A DNA stretch of 64,000 bases, taken from assembly GCF_004010195.1 (NCBI RefSeq), contig NC_057753.1, positions 692,330 through 756,329 on the forward strand. Reading direction: 5' to 3'. Of the stretch, positions 33,841 through 46,921 are shown piece after piece. Under the pieces are notes generated by a model. The model had not been told where the DNA came from. It did not search any database and saw only the letters and a list, made by a program, of their open reading frames with translations. Position numbers and translations under genes: made by a program. The number at the start of each line of letters is the position of its first letter. Positions within the stretch are counted from its first letter, which is position 1. This DNA comes from Chiloscyllium plagiosum (taxonomy: Eukaryota).

Positions 33841-36742
33841 AATAGAAATGTACTGGGAAGCTACAAACGCAATATTGCAATCTGAGCAAAAGTTTCGAAA
33901 CTTAGACTTCTCATTCTATTCTTTGTATGTCAGCCCAACTGACCCGAAAACAGCTTATCGATTGTTTGGTAGGTTTGCCGACTGGTTGTTTTTGGCTTGT
34001 ATCCAAGTTCATCTTTTGTCTCGTTTTCTCCTTCATAGTTTCTCGTCCTTTGTTTGAACAAAAGTATTCTGAATGTACTTTTCCAGATTTGAATGGGGCT
34101 CGTTCATGCATTCTGGTTTGGAACTATATCTGCCAAGTTTTCAAAAGTGCCACTTTCTTTCTCTGCACCTTGTTTGAAAGCACTGGTTTCATTTTGTAAA
34201 CTTGCTTTAACAGCCAAGAAGACCATAAGTTAGGTAATTACGCCTACACAAAAAATATCCTGTATGTAGAATCTGAACCCATCAACTATACACAGCCTAC
34301 TTACGAGTGTGAAAAATGTGCTGCTTTCTTGGAAATTCAACTTCATCCACCGATGCATTGCCATTCAAAAATAACGGGTAGCTACACTCTTGTCATATTC
34401 CTGGGTAATCACCACAGACATGGGGGTATGATATCCTCCCTTCTTTGCAGGGAACCTATCCTTGTACATTGATATATCATATCCCACGCAAGTCAAAAAT
34501 GATTCACGTTCATAGCTCAATCGATTGTGAAGAAATGTGAGCGAAATCATGACACTTTATGAAGTTCTGAAAATTTGCAAACACGAGTTGCTAAGCTTGG
34601 ACTGTATCTCAATCATCTTAAAAAAATCAAAGGTCAAAATCATTTCTCACTGTTCCACGTTTATGCAATCGCTTGAAATTTCATATTTCTCTATCTGACC
34701 TGTCCAGGGCGTAATAAAATGCGGCAGAACAATTTCTTTTTTTTCTTTTCAGCAAGACTCAAGCTTTTACTTAACACTAGCTAGTCTAACTTTTGTGTAC
34801 ACCTAAAAACGCAACACTTCGACCAATCTGAAAAATTAGCATGTCCTCCTTTTTTATGATCAGTGTATTATTTTCCCACGGGGAATGGTTATTTGTATTC
34901 CAACAATCTGACCTTTTTCCTTGAAAAACCCACCTTTCTATAGTAAGAAAGCTATTTCGTAAAACCAATTCAGAGAACACAACTCTCCGTTCCCTTCATG
35001 AGCTTCCTGTATTACTTCAAGAATAGTTTCTCAAGCATTGTCTGCCTTTTGCAAACCTAAATTGCAATTTGCACTTAAAGCTAATCTATGGTATGTTTGT
35101 TTTATTTTCTCCAATTATTGGTTTTAAGTATTTTTGCACCACTGATATTCAACGATGAGCCTGAAGTTGTGACGAATGACGTGTTTCCCTTTCAATTGTC
35201 AACCTGCCAGTTTCTTGCCTTCTAACTAATTCTGTAATTCTCCGTTCCATAATTATTTCAATTTTACACCAACGCATTTTCGCTACTACTTTCATTTCTA
35301 CAGTTTCGTTCTCAGAGGGTCCATTTCCTTTGCAGATATCTGTACAATATAAGGATTAAAGGCATGACAGTGCATCTGAAAACATATGTCATCTACGTAT
35401 CAGATCTTACGTCATCTACATAACTGGTCTTACACCATTAGAAGCTGACTGCCATTTGGATGATTTTCTTTTAAAAAAATCATTTATGTTGACCTACTTT
35501 CCATACAGATTTGCTTTGATGCAACGAGGTCATCTTGAAATAGGTCGAGATGCAGTATAAAATCCCATCTTCTTTTCCTCCTAAGTACAACAATACTACA
35601 GATTTAACAAGTGCATTTTGACCCTTTTTTATGTGAAGCAAGGTTGAGATCAGAGTTGCCATCTGTCTACTTCAAAGTCTATAAGGTTATCAACTTGTGA
35701 AACCTTAAGGTTATATTTTATAAAGCTTTGAACAATAAAAGCAGCCTGAATATTTTTCGACAAGCTTCCACAGAAACAAGACTTTCTTGTTTGAGATTTT
35801 CAGAAGAAATTCTTGCAGCGGTCTTGAAGGTGGGTTTGGAACCTTCAGTAAGTCTCATCCTGCTACTCTTTCTTTCAGACTTTTTCTTGATGTTTACCTT
35901 CCTGAAATGGAGAATTGCCTGCGAGAAATTCGATTGCTGTGTACTTGGCCGAGCCAAGATTTTGGTTTTGGGATGCTACGATATTGGTCCAGTAAACTAG
36001 TAATAGTTAATATATTTGTTGTTGTGTTAAAAACTTCAATAGGGTCAGAGTTAAGCCAATTATTTATTTTACTTTTATTTTGTTTGCAAATTAACGGTAC
36101 CGTAAAACTCAACATCTTTTAGCTGGACCAATTGAATTTTATTTAGAATGCAACGTTTGAAACATCCCTTTAAAATGAGAAAAAATCCACGTTCTGACTA
36201 TCTACTCCACATATATTTGAGAGGGTTTGGTATGGTCCATAACAAATTCGGGATCAAAATCTCAAATGCCAGATTCCATTTAGGATTACTGAAAGGTAAT
36301 AAGTTTTGAGTGTTGGTATCTTTCATTTGAGGCGTTGCTTTCGGTTGGTATAAATAGGCCTTGTGTAATAATTGCTCTTTCAGTCGATAAGTGTTTCCCA
36401 GGGGTCGAGGAGGTTCACTAGAGGTGTTTTACATAAAGTGAGCGAGGCAAACCTTTCACAATTGGCAAACGACTTGGAATTGGGTTTGGCAGTGTCTGTG
36501 GGGAAAGGGGAGATGACTATGACAAACACGCAACATTTATAATTTCCAGAGAATACGACTGGAATATTTAGAAATGGCTGCTATTCAATTGTAAGTGTCG
36601 CAACCTGAAGCAGGACCAAAGAAAATGAACGAATTGCACTGGCAAAAGAAAAAAAATAAAAGAAAATGAAATGAATCATTTCAATTGCAATTTAAAGCAA
36701 ATGAAAATTAAAGCGAAATGGAGGCCCTAACACAAGAAAGGT

Positions 36743-36746
<4 letters not shown>

Positions 36747-36773
<27 letters not shown>

Positions 36774-36792
36774 CACACAGACAGAGAGAGAG
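36747..36792 (+). repeat. (AG)n microsatellite
   Basis: About 13 perfect AG units followed by an imperfect AC/AG extension. Confidence 0.9.
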
Positions 36793-37941
36793 GGGAAATG
36801 AAGACTGAAAGAGAAGAAAGAGAGAAAGAATATTTTTAATTTCTGTTTTTCGAAGTCTAATCTCAAAATAACTTAAAATGGCGAACGTAGAGATGTGTAG
36901 GAAAACTAATGAAGTCAATGTTATTTCAGAGTTTCCTCTGTCCTCGTTGAAGTAGGCAGTACTAAGGTTTCTGGGTTTGAGTGCGTATTTTATCGGATGT
37001 TCGTACTACATTTTATGAGTGTGGTTGATACACTGACTTACTTATTGAATAACTACAGAAAACTTGAATGGATGGAGGACTTTCAAAGGCATTGACAGCT
37101 TGAAAGCTGTGTTAAAGTCCGCTCCAGTGTAAGTGAGGCTATTAAAATTTGGTATCAATTCAAATGATATGGGCATCGGTGCTGTATCCTTGCAAGATCA
37201 CATTGCAGAAAAAAAACCAATTCATTGGGAATTTTTCCAGAGAATTGAAAAGTCATAAACTGAAATATGCCAGGACTGAGAAGGGAGAGCTTCAGCTTTG
37301 TAATTTTTTTTCGAAATGTATATTGGCAATAATATTTCTGAGACAAATGTATGGTGCGGAATGAAACCCCTTTAAGTTTATGGAGACACTTAAGCACAAG
37401 AATTACAGTCTGTTTCGGTGGAACTTATCATTGCAGCCATGCATTTCGAAAAGTACACACGTGGCAGGACGAGAGAACATAATTGCTGACACATTGTTGT
37501 GACTTTGATGACTGTGGATGTATACGAGAATAAAAACTATTTAAGTAAACATTAGCACTGAATGTTTAATGATTATTGGCTTAGATTTAATGCAATGTAT
37601 GTGAAATGTGTGACCTAATAATGTAAGACTTAAGCGTTTCAGAAAATGAAGGCATCATTTTGCATTCATATTTCATTTTGTAAGGGAGGTAGGTACGCTG
37701 GCACCACGATGTTAAAGAGTGTGCTTGGTCGTGCTTTCTTTTAGATACTGACCTCTGGACACGTGACGAGCAGTCTGTGCGAGATAAACAACTTGTGAAG
37801 CTTTGAGTTTTTTTAATTGACGTTGGCACAATAGAAACAAACGACAATGGCTTGGACAAGCTCGAGCAGACCAGGATTTTTAACCTGCAGTTTTGAGTTT
37901 CAACAGCTGTTGCTGGTGTCTCAGCAGGATTGGAAGCTGCA

Positions 37942-38250
37942 GCACGGTGGCACAGTGGTTAGCACTGCTGCTTCACAGCGCCAGAGACCCGCGTTCAATT
38001 CTCGCCTCAGGCGACTGACTGTGTGGAGTTTGCACGTTCTCCCCGTGTCTGCGTGGGTTTCCTCCGGGTGCTCCGGTTTCCTCCCACAGTCCGAAAGATG
38101 TGCAGATCAGGTGGATTGGCCATTTTAAATTGCCCGTAGTGTTTGGTGAGGGGTAAATGTAGCGGTATGGGTGGGTAGCGCTTCGGTGGGTCGGTGTGGA
38201 CTTGTTGGGCCGAAGGGCCTGTTTCCACACTGTAAGTAATCTAATCTAAA
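37942..38250 (+). mobile_element. HE1/V-SINE, near full length
   Basis: Highly similar to the 28292 copy, with a (taatc)n tail. Confidence 0.92.
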
Positions 38251-38599
38251 ATTCTCTCTCAGTCGCTAGAGACGTTGAGAATGTTTTGTTTATGACACTT
38301 TCCTCTTGGGCTACTGAAGTTACATGTGAGACAATTTGTGTTCGGAATTTATATTTTGCCAGGGGAGTGTTCATGGAAAAGTCAATCAGCAATATTTACT
38401 ATATCTATCATTCTATTAATTTTTTTATTGAGCAATTATATTGCGATTCCACCTTTATTTTTTGTTGCACTTTAACGACAGTGGATGAATAAAGTGTATG
38501 TTGGATTTTAATTTGGGTAGTTCTACCAATCAAATTGTCTCTGGAATGCAACAGGCTACATTTATTTTGAAAATAAAAAAAGACGTATACTAGCCAAAC

Positions 38600-39510
38600 A
38601 TTAAACTTTACTTATCCCTTTGAACTGCACTTGCTGCATAGCCTCCTGTACTCTGGCACGTTAATTATTCAACCAGATGCATCTTAAATATTATGAGACT
38701 GCACCCAAGATTTTCTCAGGCAGCATTTTCGATATTTGCACTCCGCCTGTTTCAAAGAAAATTTTCTCAGGCCAACTTGAAGCCACTTACTCCATACCAT
38801 GCACTTTTGCCACATGCTGTTATGGACGTGAACTGTAGGGGCAATAAAATCTCACAATCTCCTCTTCTTCTGCATCTTATAATTTTGTGTACCTCAATCC
38901 CATCTACTCCAATCCCATCAGCTTCCTCTGCTGCAGTGAAAATAAACCTAGCTGTCCAGTCTTTCCTTATTATTTTCATCTCAGATAACATCCTGGCGAA
39001 TCTCGTCGACCTCCTCTCAACTCTCGTCACATCATCCATGTGGTACGGCAACCAGCACTGTACACAATATTCTCTCTGTAATCTAACCTGTTTGGTCGCT
39101 AAAGTTGCAACAAGACTTACTTTCTTCCACATTCTACGCCTTGGTTTTTGAGGACAAACATCCCATATGCCTCGTTACCACTCCACCTCTGCAGGCAACG
39201 TCAAATTTCTGTAGACTTACATACCAAGTTCCTTTTGTTCCTTAGTTTTACCTAAGGTTGTACGATTCATTATATAAGTTTTTCCATTACTGAATCTCCC
39301 TAGGTGCATCACTTCATATTATATAGAACTACATTCTATCTGCCCAATTGACCTGATGATCAATATCAGACTCTGCTCAGAGAAAAAAAAACTGCTCACT
39401 ACCAACAATACCACCAATTGTCCAGTCATTCAAAAACATGCTAGATAGTGCTTCTGCATTCCCGTTCAAGTCGTTAATGTACATATCAAACAGCAAAGGT
39501 CCCAGTATTG
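38600..39510 (-). mobile_element. Degenerate CR1 LINE 3' fragment
   Basis: Minus-strand remnant VRLQREYCVQCWLPYHMDDVTRVERRSTRFARML. Confidence 0.7.
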
Positions 39511-42206
39511 ATACAGAATCCTCATACATATTATTGTAAATAAAAAAAGCCATCGGTCACGTTCAAGGCAAGTGACTGAGCACTGCAGCTGCAGAGTAAT
39601 CCTAAACAGTACCATTCCCACCCGAAATTGCTTTTAGAGAAAAGTGAAAGGTTATCTTTTCCCATAAGCAAATCTCACTTTACATTGTTTTATCTAATTA
39701 AGTTCAGAGATGACAGTACAAACCAGTGGAGCAGATGGGTGTCAATGCAGGCCTCGACAGCCCAGAGGAAGGCACTCTTTCACTGTGCTTTTCTACATCT
39801 TCTATCAGCATTTTAGGTACAAAACATCAATTTCCAGATATTTAAATATTTGTTATATAATAATAAAGTTTGGTATTAAAGAATAAATAGGAAACATAAA
39901 ATCACCCTGCGCTGCTCCGAATATTCCTTCATGCATGTGTAATTGAACAAGTGACGAACCCCTTTGATGAAGGTTCTTGTAGATTGGCTATGCCAAATTA
40001 TGAGGTTGCAAGTTCGTTGGAGGACAATTTTCTGCTGATGATTCTGCATGCCGCTGCTTTGATGCTCCCTCTTGATTTGCTAGATCTATTCTATGTCTAT
40101 CATATTTAGCAATTGTACACAACACAAATGCAGCTATGATCACTATGGCAATGCTTTGTGCTATAATGACATGCCTGTGCACTGGTCACTCTTACCAACA
40201 CTGTCATAGCAAGGTGCAATAGCAGCAGACATATTAATGAAGATGAGGTCAAGTATCTTTTTCCTCTTATCGGTCACCCCACGACCTGTTCTATATGTTA
40301 CTACACTCCAGTTCTTCTTTCAATTCGTGCTCAACATGGGAGAGTACTGTTTGTTTGGACTGACGGGATTCCCCTGCATGTTGTTGACCTGATGTCATGA
40401 GAATTCATGAACTGTAGAGTCAATGTCGCTCCTGACTGAGTTTCCAATGCGTCACCCACTCTGCTGTCTATGCCATATAAACGGGACATTAGTAGCTTCG
40501 ACGTAGTGATGAGGGTGTTTGGGAAATTGATTCTGTGCATATGACAATGTCAGGCTCATTTCTCACTCATCTGTGTATCAGTTTCTTAAATCTAGCTCTA
40601 ATCGTCAGATACTCGGCCATGCATGTTCGACGGAGATGGATTTGCTGTTGCCGTTTCCTCTGTCTTATTTAGTGACATTTGCCTGTCTGGATTCAGCTGA
40701 GAACTTTCGACGATTTGGTGCAACTGAACATTTTGTGAGGTCATTTCAAAATGCAGTTAAAAGTCGTTCACCTTTCTCAGGGCAATCAGAGTGGAAAATA
40801 AACGCTATATTTTCCAATATATATGCTATAATACTAAAATATCGTATTTGTTTTTCCTCTTTGATTGTCCTGAGACATTTGCGTGCACATTCTTTGGTGT
40901 AATAATGGAAAACATATCGTCCTCCCTCCTAATGTTCCTTATTTCTGCTTCAAACTTATAGATCGCCAAAGTAAGTGGGAGAGAAAGACAGCTTAAAATA
41001 CTTAAAGTTTGGTATTATTCCAAAGCAAAATATTCCAAAGATTATCGATAACAATTTATGTAACTTAGTCAAAAGGGCAGAAAGAAATTCATTTAAATAA
41101 CTTAACGTTCTCTTAAAGTCAAACTATTTGTGCTGGAAACAAGCGTTTTCTTTTCACCTAAATGCAGGATCCACTTAACATAAATGTAGATAACACCTGG
41201 ATTCAAATTATTTTGTTCAATGCTGTTACACACTGTTTCACAAAGATCCAGTCTATTCAAGCGTTCCATAAATGTTAAGGACTGATGCATACCATTGAAA
41301 TAGGATGTTATTCTTGATAAAACGCTCGTATAAAATTCCATGGATGGCAATGAATATTGCGCCATGATAGATTTACATTAGTCAAGGACAGTTAACCTGA
41401 AATAATTTCACATTTCGTGACGCAGTTTAATAATATTGATTTATTCGTTGCTTATTAAATGTGATCACAGACAGTCGTTTCCTACTTCCGATTGGCCTCA
41501 CATTCTAAGTTTGTTACTATAGGTGAATCACACATCGTTTTGCAAAATCACGAAACGTTTACTTCCGGTTTGTGTTCAATACGAGTGCAGGAACGTGTGG
41601 CAGTGACGACCACCGACCAGTGACACTATCAGAAACTACAACCTGTATCAAGATACAATCTCAAAAAAGCGATTTAAACTGCTTGCTTAACTGCTTCTCT
41701 TATCTTGCATATTCAATTCTCCATCTTTCACTGTACTGTTAAGCAGAATTCCACATAAATGCAACAAACCAATGAACTGGCGAAATTGCAAAGCATAAAT
41801 CGAAATAAATTGAGAATAAATGACTGACTGCTCTTATGATTAGGCTGGATATTACAAGAGCGCTATGGTTTCTCATCCTGGCCATTATTAATTATCAACA
41901 TTTCCACGAAATGAAACACGAAAAGCGTTCCTACCACATCCTTGAACTCATCAATACGAATCTCAGAATGTCAGTCTTCCCAGAAATCTTGAATTTCTTT
42001 GCGACACAGCGTTCAGGCGTCCCATGGAACAAAAAACAACATAGACGTAAGCTACAAAATAGATAGCAGAACAGTCCAAAACAAACATTGAAGCCGGAAA
42101 TAAACATTGATTTGCTCTTTAGTTCGCATCACTATAGATTCCCTCTTCATAGTATTCTGTGGACGGAAGAAATGATCGATGCTAATGGTTGCTGTCAAAT
42201 ACATTA

Positions 42207-42640
42207 GACCATAAGACCATAAGACATAGGAGCGGAAATAAGGCCATTCGGCCCATCGAGTCCACTCCGCCATTCAATCATGACTGATGGGCATTTCAAC
42301 TACACTTACCCGCATTCTCCCCGTAGCCCTTAATTCCTTGTGACATCAAGAATTTATCAATTTCTGCCTTGAAGACATTTAGCGTCCCAGCCTCCACTGC
42401 ACTCTGTGGCAATGAATTCCACAGACCCACCACTCTCTGGCTGAAGAAATGTCTCTGCATTTCTGTTCTGAATTTAACCCCTCTAATTCTAAGGCTGTGT
42501 CCACGGGTCCTAGTCTCCTCGCCTAACGGAAACAATTTCCTAGCGTCCACCCTCTCCAAACCTTGTCGACATGGATGGGTAAGTTTTTATTAGATCTCCT
42601 CTTAATCTTCTAAACTCCAATGAATACAATCCCAATTATG
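42207..42640 (-). mobile_element. CR1 LINE 3' end, relatively young
   Basis: Minus ORF VDARKLFPLGEETRTRGHSLRIRG...FFSQRVVGLWNSLPQSAVEA, with an (agaccata)n tail. Confidence 0.88.
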
Positions 42641-42690
42641 AGATAGAATGGAAATTTTCTCTATTCTCAATAGAAAAACTTAAATAACAA

Positions 42691-42769
42691 TGGGGTGGCA
42701 TGGTGGCTCAGTGGTTAGCACTGCTGCCTCTCAGCACCGGGGTCCCAGATTTGATTCCAGCCTCGGGCG
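42691..42769 (+). mobile_element. SINE tRNA-like head truncated by the assembly gap
   Basis: tggtggctcagtggttagcactgctgcctctcagcacc...gatttgattcc A/B boxes run into the N stretch. Confidence 0.75.
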
Positions 42770-43089
42770 NNNNNNNNNNNNNNNNNNNNNNNNNNNNNNN
42801 NNNNNNNNNNNNNNNNNNNNNNNNNNNNNNNNNNNNNNNNNNNNNNNNNNNNNNNNNNNNNNNNNNNNNNNNNNNNNNNNNNNNNNNNNNNNNNNNNNNN
42901 NNNNNNNNNNNNNNNNNNNNNNNNNNNNNNNNNNNNNNNNNNNNNNNNNNNNNNNNNNNNNNNNNNNNNNNNNNNNNNNNNNNNNNNNNNNNNNNNNNNN
43001 NNNNNNNNNNNNNNNNNNNNNNNNNNNNNNNNNNNNNNNNNNNNNNNNNNNNNNNNNNNNNNNNNNNNNNNNNNNNNNNNNNNNNNNNN
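42770..43089. other. Assembly gap (320 N)
   Basis: Run of N characters. The true length is unknown. Confidence 1.
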
Positions 43090-43517
43090 GAACACCATGG
43101 GCCTCACCTTGCTCAGCAGCCTCCCGTGTGGCACCTTATCAAAGGCCTTTTAGAAGTCTAGATAGACCACATCGACTGGGTTTCCCTGGTCTAACCTACT
43201 TGTCACCTCTTCAAAGAACACCAACAGGTTTGTCAGGCACGACCTCCCCTTACTAAATCCATGTTGACTTGTTCTAATCCGACCCTGCTCTTCCAAGAAT
43301 TTAGAAACCTCATCCTTAATGATGGAGTCTAGACTTTTACCAACAACAGAGGTTAGGCTAATTGGCCTATACTTTTCCAACTTTTGCCTTGATCCTTTCT
43401 TGAACAAGGAGGTTACAACAGCGATCTTCCAATCACCCGGGGCTTTCCCTGACTCCAGTGACTTTTGAAAGATCTCAACCAACGCCTCCGCTATTTCCTC
43501 AGCCACCTCCCTCAGAA
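43090..43517 (-). mobile_element. CR1 LINE RT fragment
   Basis: Minus ORF GDWKIAVVTSLFKKG...YRPISLTSVVGK...SQHGFSKGRSCLTNLLVFFE...VDVVYLDF. Confidence 0.92.
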
Positions 43518-44399
43518 ATTAGTGATTCAAATCAGGAAATCTTCAATATAGCCTTTGCATAGAAAGATATACATTGACAAGAAAGCTACCTTTGTGCATT
43601 TCCCCTTTACAATGTCATGGACATAACATGCACTTTGATTCTGTCAGTCGCAAAAGCGGTTCAAATTCCGAAAACTAGGAATGGTCTCAAGATTATCATG
43701 GCTGCTCGGGAGTGAAACTGCCAAAACTGGATTAATGTTTCAAAGCTTGGATAAGCATTATTTGGGGTATTTACTTTCCTGGTAGGTATCGCTAACTTGA
43801 ACATAATTGAAAAAAAAATTCTAAGGCCCTTGGAAAAATATTTTTAGATGAGCCATTGACTTTCCGAGAAACACCAGGCAACAAATAACTTACATTGCCA
43901 CTTGCAAAATATCTTTAGTTGTAGTTAAAATATGAATTGTATCCTCTATGTCAATACAATGTAATCTTTAAAAACTGATATCCACCAAAGTTACAACGTG
44001 AATTAATTTATGCCAGAGTGTCAGAAGCGACATTGTTTTAAAATGGGCAGCTTTCAGGACAGAAAAAAAAGTTCTTGTGCCACCTTAGCCATTAATAAAA
44101 TGCATGTTTTGCTTTGGACCTTAAAATTTGTTCTCTATCTTCCTTACCATATAGTTTCATGAGATTTGCAGACAAGGCTCTATTTGGAGTGATTTATTTA
44201 AATGAATAGTCGCAAGCAATTAAAATGTCTGTCGTCTTGCTAAGTCTTTGCAATTCATTTTCATCGCATGCTAGGTTTTTATTTATCTTCACTTAGAATG
44301 TTTCTCATCTTCTATCTTAAAAGCAAAATTCTTTGTCTATCAACGCAGTGTTAAATTTCGTCAACATAATACGCTGGATTATAATAGATAAGGGGAGAG

Positions 44400-44890
44400 A
44401 AAAGTTTTACAAGTATGCTACCAGATTTGGAGAAATTGAGCTACAGGGAGAGGTTGCATTGGCTGGGGTGTTTTTCCCTGGAGGGTTGGAGGCTGAGCTG
44501 TATAAGATCATAAAAGAGGTTTATAAAATCATGTTTGACACGCGTCAGCAAAATACACAAGGGCTTTTCCCTCTTGTGGTGAGTCCAGAACAAGGGCATA
44601 GAATTAGCGCGTATGGGGGCAAATATTAAAATGGGACCTAATGGGTAACATCTTCACTCAGTTGGTAATGCCTGTATGGAATTAACTGCCCGTGGAAGTG
44701 GAGGAGACTGATGAAATTACAGCATTAAAAAGTATCTGGATGGATACATGAATATAAAATGCTTAGAGGGACATGTGCCAAGTGCTGGCAAAGAGGACGA
44801 GAAGGTTCGGATATCTGGTTTGCATGGACGAGTTGAAATGAAAGGTCTGTTTCCATGCTGTATGTTATTTTGTCTCTATGACTCCAAATA
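44400..44890 (+). mobile_element. Degenerate CR1 LINE 3' end
   Basis: Remnants EVYKIM and WN.LPVEVEE, with tail gaaaggtctgtttccatgctgtatg...ctctatgactc. Confidence 0.7.
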
Positions 44891-46838
44891 TGATGGAAGT
44901 TTTATTTCTTTTATCATTGAAGTGTTGTTGCCTAATCCAAAGAATACATTTAGAACATTTTTACAGCTTTGTATTTCTGTCAACGGGTTAAGCTGGTACA
45001 ATTCGAACTGAATTGTCATGCCCATGACGCCACACACAAAGAAATACATATAGATGTTAAATGCAATCAAAGAAATGGAATCCCTTCATCTAGGGAAGTT
45101 TGAAGAGCTGTCAATTGATTTATATTTGACTTCGCTCTTGGGGTGTGTGTGAGACATTGTTATGGTTAAAAAGTATGCAGAATTAATTGCCTTTGAGAAG
45201 CTACAAATGAGTTCATTATTTGAAGTTTTGAAATTTATGTCTTGTTGCTGCACATGCAACTGTTTCTGGACGGAATTTTCAAGTTATTGATTCACTGACA
45301 ATTGAGGTCTGGTGGATAGTACTCCGTAACAGTGACTTGTATGCGATCTTCCCTTTGTTCGTGTTCCCTTGCATATTAATTCCTTGTAGTTCCAGACTAC
45401 ACAGTTCATTGGATTTGAATGAAAGCGCTTAATGATTTAAATCATCTTAAAATGGAGAGCCACAGAAAAGCACTGAGTGAGTGTAGCAGAATTTCATGCA
45501 CAGCAAAATCCAATCTATAGTTCCAAGTAATGTATTACAAACTGAATATCTAACACTTGAGTGAAATCTGCAAAAGAACTGCAAGGGTTCGAAAGGAACA
45601 CCTGAGTGCATGAATCATTCTATCAACAATTTGGGATTATCATTTCCACAGATTTATCTGGCGTTGTCATTTTAACAGAAAGCCAAAAACTGCGGATTCT
45701 GCAAATCTGGAAGTCGGAGAAACTCAGTCGCTGTGTAGAAAAAGTCGACTTGTTGTTGAGAGTACAGAGATTCATACTCAGTAATCAGCTTTAGGCTAAA
45801 AAAAAAGAGCTCAGAGAAGAAGACTTCTGTGAAGGGTAAGTGATTCCCCTTACTGCCCAAAGGTCAAGGAATGGGATACAGTGATGGTTCTACAGGTTTT
45901 GTTATTGCCCCAATATGAAATTAAGAAAATTGCTGTTGAAACAAGTCTCAAAAAAATTGAAAACGTTTGTGCAATAATGTCATTTGAAAACTTTGAGAGG
46001 TACATTCTTGAAATGATCAGAAGAATTACGTATGCAAATATTACTTGGCATTATTTACTTCACATTTTAACTCGGTGTTTTAACGTAATGTCAATTTTCA
46101 GCATGGTGTCCTTTGAAAAATAATACTTTTACTTTTTATTACTCCTTCAGAACTATTGTTAATGCAGCGTTACTTTTAATGTAAAAACTGACATCAGCAA
46201 ACAAAATGAAACTTCAGTGTGTAATGTCGGCTAATTTCAGTGCAGTTTATTTTTAAAATCTACAGAACAGGAAACTGATTGAAACTAGTCCTACGTGACA
46301 GCAGTTACTTCGTTAGCTCCTCTAATAGAAAGCGAAATTTACTTCATCCAAAATCTGGAAACGTTTCAGAGAAAACGTCATTAAGTGCTACAGTTATGTA
46401 AGCACTTTCCTGTTAAAATTTAATATGTGCTCACGTTACCTAAAAAGGGAATCATAAGAACGCTGAGCAGTTTGTCTAGATCAAAGTCGATTGAGTTAGT
46501 TTGAACAAACAATAATGAAAAGTTGCGATAAATTATTCTGAAATTAATTCAAAGAAGCCAATAAACAAGAGGTTAAATGCAATGATCATATTATGGATGT
46601 GAGAATCAGATTGTTTCAATGACCTGCTTTTTACTATTCAGATGAACTTGGAAAACGGCCAAGAAATTCCCAAAGTATAATACTTTTTCTAGTTTCGAGG
46701 GCTTAATACATGGTTTCGAATAAAAACAATCAGATGTTCTGCTTTAAGTCTTTCGCTCAGAATGTTCAGAATATTTCTGTCAGGATTCATTAAAGCAAAA
46801 TAACTCGTAATCTAGCACAAAGTCAGATTGTTGTGGCG

Positions 46839-46921
46839 CCAGCAGAGTGCAGTTAGTATTCTGTGGTTAATTGATGCGTTCAGATTTGATCTGAGGTACA
46901 GCATCTTGTGCCACCTAGTGA
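46839..46921. promoter_or_regulatory. Candidate pair of CTCF motifs (+ strand 46839-46852; - strand 46908-46921)
   Basis: CCAGCAGAGTGCAG (+, one mismatch at a conserved G) and TCACTAGGTGGCAC (-, one mismatch at the first position), in sequence with no recognised repeat. Confidence 0.5.

Noticed and set aside
34780-36245. LTR-retrotransposon (Gypsy-like) relic; similar tgttatgg.. start at ~11552
   Set aside because: Only a vague terminal resemblance. I could not identify paired LTRs, a PBS or coding motifs with confidence.
42690-43256. ORFs spanning the N run
   Set aside because: Artefacts of translating the assembly gap.
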